Source: Desulfomicrobium sp.
GTDB lineage: Bacteria > Desulfobacterota > Desulfovibrionia > Desulfovibrionales > Desulfomicrobiaceae
Length of the DNA stretch: 64,000 nt
NCBI GenBank assembly: GCA_040768745.1
Contig: JAXGMI010000002.1
Span: forward strand, 640,001-704,000
Direction of reading: 5' to 3'
Below the pieces are notes generated by a model. It was not told the origin of the DNA and did no database searches. It saw only the letters and a list, made by a program, of their open reading frames with translations. The position numbers and the translations under genes were made by a program. This document shows, in pieces, positions 35,492 to 45,070 of the stretch; position 1 is the first letter of the stretch; each line of letters opens with the position of its first letter.

Positions 35492-35743
35492 ATGGAAAAA
35501 TCAATGCAACGGTACTGGAAATCGAACCTGACGTACATGGCCATTCTGCTGGCCATCTGGGCCCTGGTCTCGTACGTCTTCGGCATTCTCCTCGTGAACG
35601 AGCTGAACGCCTTCCACCTCGGCGGATTCCCCCTGGGCTTCTGGTTCGCCCAGCAGGGATCCATCTACGTATTCGTGGTCCTCATCCTTGCCTACTTCCT
35701 GCTCATGGATCGTCTGGACAAGAAGTTCGACGTGCACGAATAA
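35492..35743 (+). CDS. DUF4212 small membrane subunit of a solute:sodium symporter
   Basis: YWKSNL...GFPLGFWFAQQGSIYVFV; two TM segments. Confidence 0.88.
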   Translation: MEKSMQRYWKSNLTYMAILLAIWALVSYVFGILLVNELNAFHLGGFPLGFWFAQQGSIYVFVVLILAYFLLMDRLDKKFDVHE

Positions 35744-35770
35744 CCCGAGCAACGACCGCGAGGAACGCAT

Positions 35771-37549
35771 ATGTCACTGCAAGCATGGACCTATCTCATT
35801 GTCGGGGCGACCTTCGCGCTCTACATCGGCATCGCCTGGGGGGCGCGGGTCAAGGACACCAGGGGCTTCTACGTGGCCGGCGGCGGCGTGCCGCCCCTGG
35901 CCAACGGCATGGCCACGGCCGCGGACTGGATGAGCGCGGCGTCCTTCATCTCCATGGCCGGCATGATCTCCTTCATGGGCTATGCCGGCTGCATGTACCT
36001 CATGGGCTGGACCGGCGGCTACGTGCTGCTGGCCCTGCTCCTGGCCCCCTATCTGCGCAAGTTCGGCAAGTTCACGGTGCCGGACTTTGTCGGCGACCGG
36101 TATTATTCCTCGGCGGCCCGTGTGGTGGCCCTGATCTGCGCCATCTTCGTCTCCCTGACTTACGTGGCCGGACAGATGCGTGGCGTGGGCATCGTCTTCA
36201 GCCGCTTCCTGGAAGTGGACGTCAACACCGGCGTGGTCATCGGCATGGTCCTGGTCTTCTTCTACGCCGGCATCGGCGGGATGAAGGGCATCACCTGGAC
36301 CCAGGTGGCGCAGTACTGCGTGCTCATCACCGCCTTCCTGGTCCCGGCCATCGCCATCTCCGCCAAGCTGACCGGAAATTTCCTGCCCCAGATCGGCTTT
36401 GGCAGCACTCTTGTCGACGGCCCGAATGCCGGAAAGTACCTGCTCGACACGTTGAACCAGATCGGCACTGACCTGGGCTTCGCCGAATACACCGCGGCCT
36501 TCTCGGGCCCCGGAAGCAAGCCCATGATCGACGTCTTCGCCATCACCATGTGCCTCATGGTCGGCACGGCAGGGCTGCCCCACGTCATCATCCGCTTCTA
36601 CACCGTGCCCACGGTGCGGGCCGCGCGCATCTCGGCCTTCTACGCCCTGATCTTCATCGCCATTCTCTACACCACGGCCCCGGCCCTGGGCGCCTTCGCC
36701 CGCTACACCCTGACCAACGTGCTCAGCAACGCCTCCTACGCCACGGCCCCGTCCTGGTTCAAGAACTGGGAAAAGACGGGTCTCCTGGCCTGGATGGACA
36801 AGAACAACGACGGGGTCATCACCTACCGCGCCGGCGCGCCCTTCAAGGGCAAGCCGATCTTCAGCGGCGAAACCGGGCCCGCCGGCCAGCGCCTGCTCAA
36901 GAACGAAGCCACGGACAACGCCAACGAACTGTACATCGACAACGACATCATGGTCCTGGCCACGCCCGAGATCTCCCAGCTCCCGCCCTGGGTCATCGCC
37001 CTGGTGGCGGCCGGCGGTCTGGCCGCGGCCCTGTCCACGGCGGCGGGACTCCTGCTGGTCATCTCCTCGGCCATCTCCCACGACCTCTACTACCGCATCA
37101 TCAACCGCGAGGCCTCGGAACAGAAACGCCTGGCCATCGGTCGCGTCATGATGGGCATCGCCGTGCTCGTGGCCGGATACTTCGGCATCAACCCGCCCGG
37201 CTTCGTGGCCCAGGTGGTGGCCTTCGCCTTTGGCCTGGCCTCCTCGTCCTTCTTCCCCATCATCGTGCTGGGCATCTTCTGGAAACGGGCCACCAAGGAA
37301 GGGGCCATCTGCGGCATGATCGCGGGCATCACCTTCACCATGGTCTACATCATTCAGACCAAATTCATGGGCGTCGCCCCATGGTTCATGAACATCAGCC
37401 CCGAAGGCATCGGCACCGTGGGCATGCTCCTCAACTTCGCGGTGACGGTTGGAGTCTCCCTGGTCACGGCCGCCCCGCCGGCCGCCGTGCAGGACATGGT
37501 CGAGAGCGTGCGCATCCCCCGCGGGGCCGGCGCCGCGGTGGACCACTAA
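35771..37549 (+). CDS. Sodium:solute symporter (ActP-like monocarboxylate permease)
   Basis: NGMATAADWMSAASFISMAG, GKFTVPDFVGDRY, GTAGLPHV, AAALSTAAGLL. Confidence 0.92.
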   Translation: MSLQAWTYLIVGATFALYIGIAWGARVKDTRGFYVAGGGVPPLANGMATAADWMSAASFISMAGMISFMGYAGCMYLMGWTGGYVLLALLLAPYLRKFGKFTVPDFVGDRYYSSAARVVALICAIFVSLTYVAGQMRGVGIVFSRFLEVDVNTGVVIGMVLVFFYAGIGGMKGITWTQVAQYCVLITAFLVPAIAISAKLTGNFLPQIGFGSTLVDGPNAGKYLLDTLNQIGTDLGFAEYTAAFSGPGSKPMIDVFAITMCLMVGTAGLPHVIIRFYTVPTVRAARISAFYALIFIAILYTTAPALGAFARYTLTNVLSNASYATAPSWFKNWEKTGLLAWMDKNNDGVITYRAGAPFKGKPIFSGETGPAGQRLLKNEATDNANELYIDNDIMVLATPEISQLPPWVIALVAAGGLAAALSTAAGLLLVISSAISHDLYYRIINREASEQKRLAIGRVMMGIAVLVAGYFGINPPGFVAQVVAFAFGLASSSFFPIIVLGIFWKRATKEGAICGMIAGITFTMVYIIQTKFMGVAPWFMNISPEGIGTVGMLLNFAVTVGVSLVTAAPPAAVQDMVESVRIPRGAGAAVDH

Positions 37550-37559
37550 CCTTTCATGC

Positions 37560-37581
37560 GGGGGCCGGGCAACCGGCCCCC
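37560..37581 (+). other. GC-rich hairpin with GCAA tetraloop after the symporter
   Basis: GGGGGCCGG-GCAA-CCGGCCCCC. Confidence 0.55.
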
Positions 37582-37597
37582 GGACGAGGGCGCAGCC

Positions 37598-39511
37598 ATG
37601 GACACGGGCATTCAGCCTGCGGGGTATGACAGCATCATCACCTTCCTGGAGGGCACCCTGCCCTTCTCGGACCTGGACCGTCCCAGCCTGATCCGCATCG
37701 CCAGGCACTGCCTGGTGGACTTCTTTCCTGCCGGGACGCGGATCCTGCGCAGGGGGGTGACGGAGGTGGACGGACTCTATCTGATCCAGAAGGGGGCCAT
37801 CCGCCTTTTCCACGAGGACGAGGGCGTGCTGGTGGACATCCGCACCGACGGTGCTTCCCTGGGCGCCCTGTCCCTGTTCAACGGGGAAAAGGCGGCCCTG
37901 GACGCAGAAACCGTGGAGGACACCTTCGTCATCAAGATTCCGCGTGAACGTTTCTTCGAAGCCACGCACCTGAACCCGTCCATCTCCCGCTTCTACCTCA
38001 AGTCCTTTGCCGACACCTTCCTGTCCAAGGCCTTCGAGGAAATGCGCTGCAAGCCCGCGGCCCAGCACGAGGACCACGACCTGCACGTCTTCAGCAACCC
38101 CGTGGGCGGCCTGATCAGCCGCGAGCCCGTCAGCGTGCCCTTCGGCCTGAGCATCCAGGCCGCGGCCAGGGAGATGATCCGCCAGAACACCGGCTCCCTT
38201 CTTTTCCGCGAACCCTCGGGCGAAATCTGCGGCATCATCACCGACACGGACCTGCGCAAGGCCATGGCCCTGGGCCTGGACCTGCAGGCCCCGGCCGAGA
38301 CCATCATGTCCACGCCCGTGGAAAGCGTCGACGCCTCGGCCGTGTGTTTCGACGCCCTGCTGACCATGATGTCCAGGAACATCCACCACCTCGTGGTCAG
38401 GAGCCACGGCAAGGTGCAGGGCGTGGTCAGCTCCCACGACATCATGCTCCTGCAGGGCCGCTCGCCCATGTCCGTGTTCCGGGAGATCGCCTCGCGCACG
38501 ACCATCGCCGGTCTCTACCCCCTGCACGACAGCATCACCCCGGTCATCCGGACCCTGGTCCAGCAGGGGGCCAAGGCCGGCAACATCACCCGCATGATCG
38601 CCATCCTGAACGACCAGATCATCTCACGCTTGCTGGAGCTCATGCTCGGCGAACTCGGCCCGCCGCCCGTCCGGTTCTGCCTGCTGCTCATGGGCAGCGA
38701 GGGCAGGCGCGAGCAGACCTTCGCCACGGACCAGGACAACGCCCTGATCATCGACAACTGCGGGGTGGATTTTCTGGAGCGGGCGGCCGAGACGTACTTC
38801 TCGGCCTTCACCGAGCGCATGGTCGGACACCTCATCAACTGCGGGTTCCCGCGCTGCCCCGGGGACATGATGGCCTCCAACCCCGCCTGGCGGGGCACCC
38901 TGAACACCTGGAAGGGAAGGGTCGAAACCTGGGTCGCCGCGCCGGAGCCCCAGCGCGTGCTGGCCAGCTCCGTTTTCTTCGACTTCCGCGGTGTCTACGG
39001 CCACAAGGATTTGTCCGAGAACCTGCGCCAGCACGTCACCAGCGCCTGCGCCGGCAAGGACCTCTTCCTGCGCTACCTGGCCGCCGACTGCCTGAACGCC
39101 CGCCCGCCCCTGACCTTCTTCAAGAACTTCATGGTCGAGAAGGACGGGGCCCACAGGAACACCCTGGACATCAAGGCCCGGGGGCTCCTGCCCTTCATGG
39201 ACTTCGCCCGGGTCATGGCCCTCTACCACGGCATCCGCGAGACGGGCACCCTGACCCGGCTGGACCTCCTGCACCAGGCCGGGCACCTCTCGCGCGACCT
39301 GTACCACGAGGCGCGGGAGGCCTTCGAGTTCCTGCTGCACGCCCGACTCATGCACCAGCTCGAACAGATGGAGGCCGGGAAGAAGCCCGACAACCGCATT
39401 GACCCGGCCAGCCTCTCGGCCCTGGAGAAACGAACCCTGCGCGAGGCCTTCGGGGTCATTTCCGCCCTGCACGGTGTGCTGCGCGAAACCTTCCGCCTGA
39501 ACATGGGGTGA
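37598..39511 (+). CDS. cNMP-binding / CBS / DUF294 nucleotidyltransferase-like protein
   Basis: LYLIQKGA cNMP domain, GIITDTDLR CBS pair, MGSEGRREQTFATDQDNAL, CPGDMMASNPAW, FFDFR. Confidence 0.9.
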   Translation: MDTGIQPAGYDSIITFLEGTLPFSDLDRPSLIRIARHCLVDFFPAGTRILRRGVTEVDGLYLIQKGAIRLFHEDEGVLVDIRTDGASLGALSLFNGEKAALDAETVEDTFVIKIPRERFFEATHLNPSISRFYLKSFADTFLSKAFEEMRCKPAAQHEDHDLHVFSNPVGGLISREPVSVPFGLSIQAAAREMIRQNTGSLLFREPSGEICGIITDTDLRKAMALGLDLQAPAETIMSTPVESVDASAVCFDALLTMMSRNIHHLVVRSHGKVQGVVSSHDIMLLQGRSPMSVFREIASRTTIAGLYPLHDSITPVIRTLVQQGAKAGNITRMIAILNDQIISRLLELMLGELGPPPVRFCLLLMGSEGRREQTFATDQDNALIIDNCGVDFLERAAETYFSAFTERMVGHLINCGFPRCPGDMMASNPAWRGTLNTWKGRVETWVAAPEPQRVLASSVFFDFRGVYGHKDLSENLRQHVTSACAGKDLFLRYLAADCLNARPPLTFFKNFMVEKDGAHRNTLDIKARGLLPFMDFARVMALYHGIRETGTLTRLDLLHQAGHLSRDLYHEAREAFEFLLHARLMHQLEQMEAGKKPDNRIDPASLSALEKRTLREAFGVISALHGVLRETFRLNMG

Positions 39512-40251
39512 CGGGCATGCCCTTCTCCGCCATCGACCGCCTGCTCCGCGTGCTGGGCCGTGGCCCAGGAACCTCGAATCTGCCTGCCCTGGACGAGAAC
39601 AACCGCCTCTGCCGGGCGCTGGACCAGAACCGCCCCCTGAGTGACTGCGTCTTCACCGTGCTGGACACGGAACTGACCGGCCTTTCGGCCCGCAAGGAGG
39701 AAATCGTGTCCGTCGGGGCCGTGCGTGTGCGGGGTCTGGCCATCATTCCGGGCGAGAGCTTCTCTGCCCTGGTCCGACCGAACATCCCCCTCCCCAAATT
39801 CAGCACCCTCATCCACCGCATCACGCCCGAGGCCATCGCCGAGGCCCCGCCCCTGCACGAAGTCCTGCCCGGGCTGGTCGAATTCTGCAAAGGTACCCTC
39901 ATCGTCGGGCACCACATCGGCCTGGACATGGCCTTCATCAACCGCGCCTGCCGCAGGAACCACGGTGCTGCCCTGGCCAATCCATGCCTGGACACCATGC
40001 GCATGGCCATGCTCTGGCGGGAACAACGCAGCCCGTCCCATTACGAGCGCTTCAGTCTGAACATCTCCTATGTCCTGGCGGACCTGGCCGAGGAGTTCAA
40101 ACTGCCGCGCTTCACGGCCCACGATGCCCTGGGCGACGCCCTGCAGACGGCCTACCTGTTCATCTACCTGGCCAAAAAAATCGCCCGGAACACCCCCCTC
40201 ACTCTGAAGGAGCTGTTCCGGGCCGGCCAGAGCTGGCGCTGGTACATGTGA
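39508..40251 (+). CDS. DEDDh 3'-5' exonuclease family protein
   Basis: VLDTELTGL, VGHHIGLD, LDT, AHDALGDA. Confidence 0.88.
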   Translation: MTGMPFSAIDRLLRVLGRGPGTSNLPALDENNRLCRALDQNRPLSDCVFTVLDTELTGLSARKEEIVSVGAVRVRGLAIIPGESFSALVRPNIPLPKFSTLIHRITPEAIAEAPPLHEVLPGLVEFCKGTLIVGHHIGLDMAFINRACRRNHGAALANPCLDTMRMAMLWREQRSPSHYERFSLNISYVLADLAEEFKLPRFTAHDALGDALQTAYLFIYLAKKIARNTPLTLKELFRAGQSWRWYM

Positions 40252-40295
40252 ATGTCAGGGAGGGCTAGTGCAGGGGCGACTGATTGTCCTGGAGT

Positions 40296-41093
40296 TCACA
40301 GCAGGGAAATGAGCATCCTGGTGCCCACCACGAAAAGGATCACGGCAAAGACGCGCTTCAATTTGTCCACGGGCAGGCTGTGGGCCAGGCGCACGCCCAG
40401 GGGGGCCGTCAGCACGCTCATGACCGCGATGGACACCAGGGCCGTCAGGGACACGTAGCCCAGGGAGTAGGGTGGCAGGTTCTCCACGCCAAAGCCGTTG
40501 GTGATGTAGCCCACGGTCCCGGCCACGGCGATGGGGAAGCCGATGGCCGCCGAGGTGCCGATGGCCTTGTGGATGGGGATGTTGTGCCAGACCATGAACG
40601 GCACCGAGAGGGTCCCCCCGCCGATGCCCACCAGACTCGAAACCACGCCGATGACGCCCCCCGCCCCGAACATCCCGGCCATGCCCGGCAGCTGCCGCGA
40701 TGGCTTGGGTTTCTTTCCGGACAGCATCTGGTAGCAGACGAAGTAGAGAAAGACGACGAAGAAGGCCTTGAGCCAGCCCGTGCTCAGGGCCGCCGCGATG
40801 AAGGTGCCCAAGAACGTGCCGACCAGGATGCCGGCCACGATGCGCCGGACCACCGTCCACTCCACCGCGCCCCGGCGATGGTGGGCCATGAAGCTCGAAA
40901 CTGAGGTGAAAACAATGCTGGCCATGGACGTGCCCAGGGCCAGATGCATGATGAGTTCGTGCGGCAGATTCTGCAGCTCCATGCAGAACACGAGCATGGG
41001 CACGATGACAAGTCCGCCGCCGATGCCCAGAAGCCCCGCCAGCACCCCGGCAATGGCGCCCACGACAAGATACAGAGCCAAGACTTCGAACAT
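40296..41093 (-). CDS. TauE/SafE family sulfite exporter
   Basis: AGLLGIGGGLVIVP and the repeat SSLVGIGGGTLSVP, ALGTSMA, AIGTSAA. Confidence 0.9.
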   Translation of the reverse strand: MFEVLALYLVVGAIAGVLAGLLGIGGGLVIVPMLVFCMELQNLPHELIMHLALGTSMASIVFTSVSSFMAHHRRGAVEWTVVRRIVAGILVGTFLGTFIAAALSTGWLKAFFVVFLYFVCYQMLSGKKPKPSRQLPGMAGMFGAGGVIGVVSSLVGIGGGTLSVPFMVWHNIPIHKAIGTSAAIGFPIAVAGTVGYITNGFGVENLPPYSLGYVSLTALVSIAVMSVLTAPLGVRLAHSLPVDKLKRVFAVILFVVGTRMLISLL

Positions 41094-41276
41094 GTTTTCC
41101 CCCTGATGGCGGCTGCGCGGGACACGGCCCGGGGCCGGAAAAATTGGTAGGACCAATTCCTGAACCACTCCGGCGCGCTTGTCAACGCCCGGAACGCGAA
41201 ACGTGACAAAGAGGCTTGCAATTCGGCGCCGGGAGGTGGATGTGCGGTCTCAGGAAACGCAACAGCCGAGGACGGA

Positions 41277-42555
41277 ATGGGACACATCTCCAGCAAGGAC
41301 ATCTACCGCAAACTGGGCCGCCGCCTGGACCAGGCTCCGGTGCGCACGCCCTGGACGCCGGTCTTCAGGCAAACTGGTGGAAAGCCTCTACTCCAGGGCC
41401 GAGGCCGAGTTTGTCGCGCGCCTGCCCTACCGGCCCTCGACCCTGCCGCGCATCTCCCGCATGCTCGGCGAGCCCGAAGACGCCCTGCGCCCCATGCTCG
41501 ACGGGCTGTGTGCCAAGGGGCTGGTCATCGACATCTGGGACGGCGGTCACTATCTCTACATGGTCAGCCCCATCGTCATCGGCTTCTTCGAGTTCACCAT
41601 GATGCGCACGGGGCCGGATCTCCCGCGGGCCCGCTGGGCCGAGCTCTTCCAGGCCTACATGTTCGGGGAAAAGGACTTCCTGCAGGCCAATTTCGGCGAC
41701 GGACAGACCATATCGGTCATGCGCGCCCTGCCCCACGAGGAGGCCCTGGGCGAGCACGTCGAGATCCTGGACTACGAGAAGGCTTCGGCCCTCATCGAGA
41801 AGCACACGGAGTTTTCCATCGGCCTGTGCTCCTGCCGCCACGAGAAGCACCACCTGGGCCATGCGCCCTGCCCCACGCCCATGGAGACCTGCACCTCCAT
41901 GGGCACGGGCGCCAGGTTTCTGATCCGCAATGGCTTCGCCAGACCCATCGACAAGGCGCAGATGCGCGACATCCTGGCCCGCTCCCGCGACCAGGGTCTG
42001 ACCCTGTCTGCCGACAACGTGCGGCGCGACGCGGGTTTCATCTGCCACTGCTGCGGGTGCTGCTGCAACCTGCTCCGGGGCGTGCGCGAGACCGGATACA
42101 CCGGCATCCTCGTCACGGCCAGCGTCGTGGCCGCGGTGGACGAAAAACTGTGCACGGGATGCGGGCTGTGCGCCAAGGCCTGCCCGGTGAACGCAGTGAC
42201 GGTGGAGAAGGCTTCCGGGCAGGACAGCCCCAAACCCAGCAAAATTGCCGCCATAGGAGCGCATTGCCTGGGCTGCGGGGCCTGCGCCCTGAAGTGCCCC
42301 ACCGGGGCGCTCAAACTCCACCCCCGCCCGCAACAGGTCTTCCATCCCGAAGACAGCTTCGAGCGGGTCATGCTCCAGGCCCTGGAGCGCGACACCTTCC
42401 AGACCTTCCTCTTCGACAACCCTCAAAGCCGCACCCAGGAGTTCATGCGCGCCCTGGTCGGCGGCTTCCTGAAGCTGCCACCCGTCAAACGCGCCCTGTT
42501 GGGCGAAAAGCTGCATTCGCGTTTTCTCACGGCCCTGCGCAGGCTGGCCGGATAG
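41277..42555 (+). pseudogene. 4Fe-4S dicluster protein with a single 1-nt frameshift near 41370-41373 (possibly a sequencing error)
   Basis: MGHISSKDIYRKLGRRLDQAPVRTPWTPVFR joins LVESLYSRAEAEF in another frame. Motifs CSCRH, ICHCCGCCC, CTGCGLCAKACP, CLGCGACALKCP. Confidence 0.8.
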
Positions 42556-42653
42556 GACGCCCCGGTTCACGAAAGGAAGCATTCGGGCAACCGCCTCGAG
42601 TGGGCGGTGCGCTGCGCACCCGCGGGGCAGAGGTGCGTATCGGCTTGCATGCC

Positions 42654-42842
42654 CATTCCATTTCTGAATCAAAACGACGTGTTATATGAAGAGCTCACGC
42701 ATGGATTGCCGGTTTTTCAGCGGTCGCGCCCAGAAGGGCATAACCCGCAATGAACGAAGCAAAGAATCCCGACATTGCGCGGAGTCTTCGACAAAGCAAT
42801 CCATCTCTTTTGAAATTACTGCTTTGATTTCGAAATGGAATG
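42654..42842. repeat. Nested inverted-repeat element (MITE/REP-like) between convergent genes
   Basis: Outer 20-bp IR with 2 mismatches (42654-42673 / 42823-42842), inner ATGGATTGC/GCAATCCAT and CGCAATG/CATTGCG pairs. Confidence 0.65.
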
Positions 42843-42849
42843 AGGCGGT

Positions 42850-43806
42850 TCAGGAACCCAGGGCCATGGCTCCGTACTTGGCCGCTCCGCACAGGCCCGT
42901 GTCCGATCCAGTCACCAGCCGTACGGGAATGGCACCCAGCATCTCGCCATAGGCCGGAGAATCCCGGAATTCCCGCCTGAACTCATGATGATCGGCCAGA
43001 AAGGGATTCCGGACAGCGACCCCGCCGCAGAGGTTCACCCCACCCCAGGCCAGAACGCACAAGGCGTAGGACCGGCAGGATCGGCCGAGGAAACGGGCGA
43101 ACCATACAGCGGTCTCGCTGTCCGGGCCGATCTCCGCCGCGGCCGCTGCCGGGGGAAGATCCCGGCCGGTCAAGAAGCAGTGCACGAGAGAGAGCCCTGG
43201 GCCCGAAACAACAAGGTCCCCAAAGGCGTGAGAGTGGCCTGTCCGGGCCTGCAGGAATTCCAGGAACGCGAACTCGTGGCGGTCGATCATGGCCAAGGGT
43301 GCGTGTCCACCCTCGGATGGGAGAGGCAGGACCCCGCCACCAGGGAGCGGAACCAGGGCACACAGCCCAAGGCCGGTGCCTGGCCCCACGGCGGCCACGA
43401 CTCCCGGCCTGACCGGGCCATCCTGGACCGTAACGGCCGAAACCTTCGCGGATTCGAGGGTGCAGCCCAGGGCCTGGGCCACAAAATCGTTGACCAGGAG
43501 AGTTTTGCCTGGCGGCAGGTGGTTGGCCGGGTCAGCGGGATCGACACCCCAGGAGGCGTTGGTCAGCCTTGATACCCGGCCATCCCGCACGGGACCGGCC
43601 ACGGCCAGAACGATCCGGTCCGCGTCTTCCGGCCTCAAGCCGAAGCCCTCATCCCGCAGGCGGGTAAAAAGTTCCGCCAGGGACCCGACCGCGGCCGTGG
43701 GTACGGCGCAGGACTCGAGCAGTCGGGGCTCCGACCCGGATCGCGCCTCGAACCATCCGAAACGGCTGTTGGTGCCGCCGATATCGGCGGCCAGGATGGT
43801 GGGCAT
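42850..43806 (-). CDS. glk: Glucokinase
   Basis: LAADIGGTNSRF, AVAGPV, LTN, NDFVAQA, GPGTGLG, PSEGGH. Confidence 0.9.
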   Translation of the reverse strand: MPTILAADIGGTNSRFGWFEARSGSEPRLLESCAVPTAAVGSLAELFTRLRDEGFGLRPEDADRIVLAVAGPVRDGRVSRLTNASWGVDPADPANHLPPGKTLLVNDFVAQALGCTLESAKVSAVTVQDGPVRPGVVAAVGPGTGLGLCALVPLPGGGVLPLPSEGGHAPLAMIDRHEFAFLEFLQARTGHSHAFGDLVVSGPGLSLVHCFLTGRDLPPAAAAAEIGPDSETAVWFARFLGRSCRSYALCVLAWGGVNLCGGVAVRNPFLADHHEFRREFRDSPAYGEMLGAIPVRLVTGSDTGLCGAAKYGAMALGS

Positions 43807-43986
43807 TGTTTCCCCCCTCAAAATTCACGTGTCATCGCGGACAACCGACAAGCAGCCAGGCATCCAACGCATGGCCCCCATGCAGGACAAGGTATGTCCT
43901 GTCTGCCTCAGATCTGGTCCCGAAACAGCAACCCCCCGGCTGATCAGGTCGGGGGGCGCGCAATTCCTTTGAAAAGAACCGGTGCA

Positions 43987-45060
43987 TCAGGCCGTTGCAG
44001 CCTGCTGTTGCGGCTCGGCATCGATTTTGGGCCTGAACAGGGCCAGGATCGGTGCGCCGACAAAGACCGAGGAATATGTGCCCACCAGCACGCCTACCAG
44101 CATGAGCAGGGCAAAGTCGTGGATCACGCCCCCGCCGAAAATGTACAGGGAAAGCACTGCAATGAAGGTAGTGCCGGCGGTGATGAAGGTCCGGGACAGG
44201 GTCTGGTTCACGGACTTGTTGATGACCACTTCCAGGGACGGGGAGACTTTGGCGCGCAGGTTTTCGCGGATGCGGTCGTAGATGATGATGGTGTCGTTCA
44301 GCGAATAGCCCACGATGGTCAGCAAGGCCGCGATAATGGTCAGATCCACTTCCTTGTTCAGGAGGGAGAACAGACCCAGGGGAAGCATGACGTCATGGAT
44401 CAGGGCCACGATGGCCCCCAGCGCATACTTGAGCCGCAGCACGGCGCAGAGTACCAGGGTGGCGATGGTCGCTGCAACCACCGAGACGCTCATGGGCGCG
44501 TGCAGGAGTTCCAGCACGTAGACAACGGAGGCGAGTCCTGCGGCCATGAGCCCGGCAACCATCCACTTCTGCTCGAAACGGCCGGATATGTAGGTGGCCA
44601 TGAGCAGAATCGCATAGAAAATGGCTTGCAGGGCCTTTTCCCGCAAATCCGCGCCGACCTTGGGCCCGACCATTTCCAGGCGCTGAATTTCATAGGACAC
44701 ATTCCCCAGCTTGTCTGCCATGGCCTGGTCCACTGCGGCCCGGACCTGGTTGGCGGTCTGATCGGAAAAGGAGGCCCGCAGCAAGACCTGATGGTCGCCG
44801 GCATCGCCAAAATTCTGCACCACCAGTCCGGGCAGGGCCGGACTGTCCAGGGCGGCACGCAACGTGTCCAGTTCCACAGCCTGGCTGAACTGCATCTGCA
44901 CGTTGAAGCCGCCGGCAAAATCGATGCCGTAACGCGGACCGCCTTTGATGATGAGGGACAGCACCCCGGTCAGAAGAAGGACCGCGGACAGGATGTAGGC
45001 GTACTTGCGCATCCCGACGAAATCGATGTTCGTGTCCTGTCTGATAAGTTCAAAAGACAT
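43987..45060 (-). CDS. secF: Protein translocase subunit SecF
   Basis: GIDFAGG, VGPKVGADL, GYSLNDTIIIYDRIRE, GTYSS. Confidence 0.96.
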   Translation of the reverse strand: MSFELIRQDTNIDFVGMRKYAYILSAVLLLTGVLSLIIKGGPRYGIDFAGGFNVQMQFSQAVELDTLRAALDSPALPGLVVQNFGDAGDHQVLLRASFSDQTANQVRAAVDQAMADKLGNVSYEIQRLEMVGPKVGADLREKALQAIFYAILLMATYISGRFEQKWMVAGLMAAGLASVVYVLELLHAPMSVSVVAATIATLVLCAVLRLKYALGAIVALIHDVMLPLGLFSLLNKEVDLTIIAALLTIVGYSLNDTIIIYDRIRENLRAKVSPSLEVVINKSVNQTLSRTFITAGTTFIAVLSLYIFGGGVIHDFALLMLVGVLVGTYSSVFVGAPILALFRPKIDAEPQQQAATA

Positions 45061-45070
45061 GGTCTGCTCC

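Noticed and set aside
44430..44580. Extra hydrophobic segment inside SecF
   Set aside because: Likely a lineage-typical insertion in an otherwise ordinary housekeeping gene.
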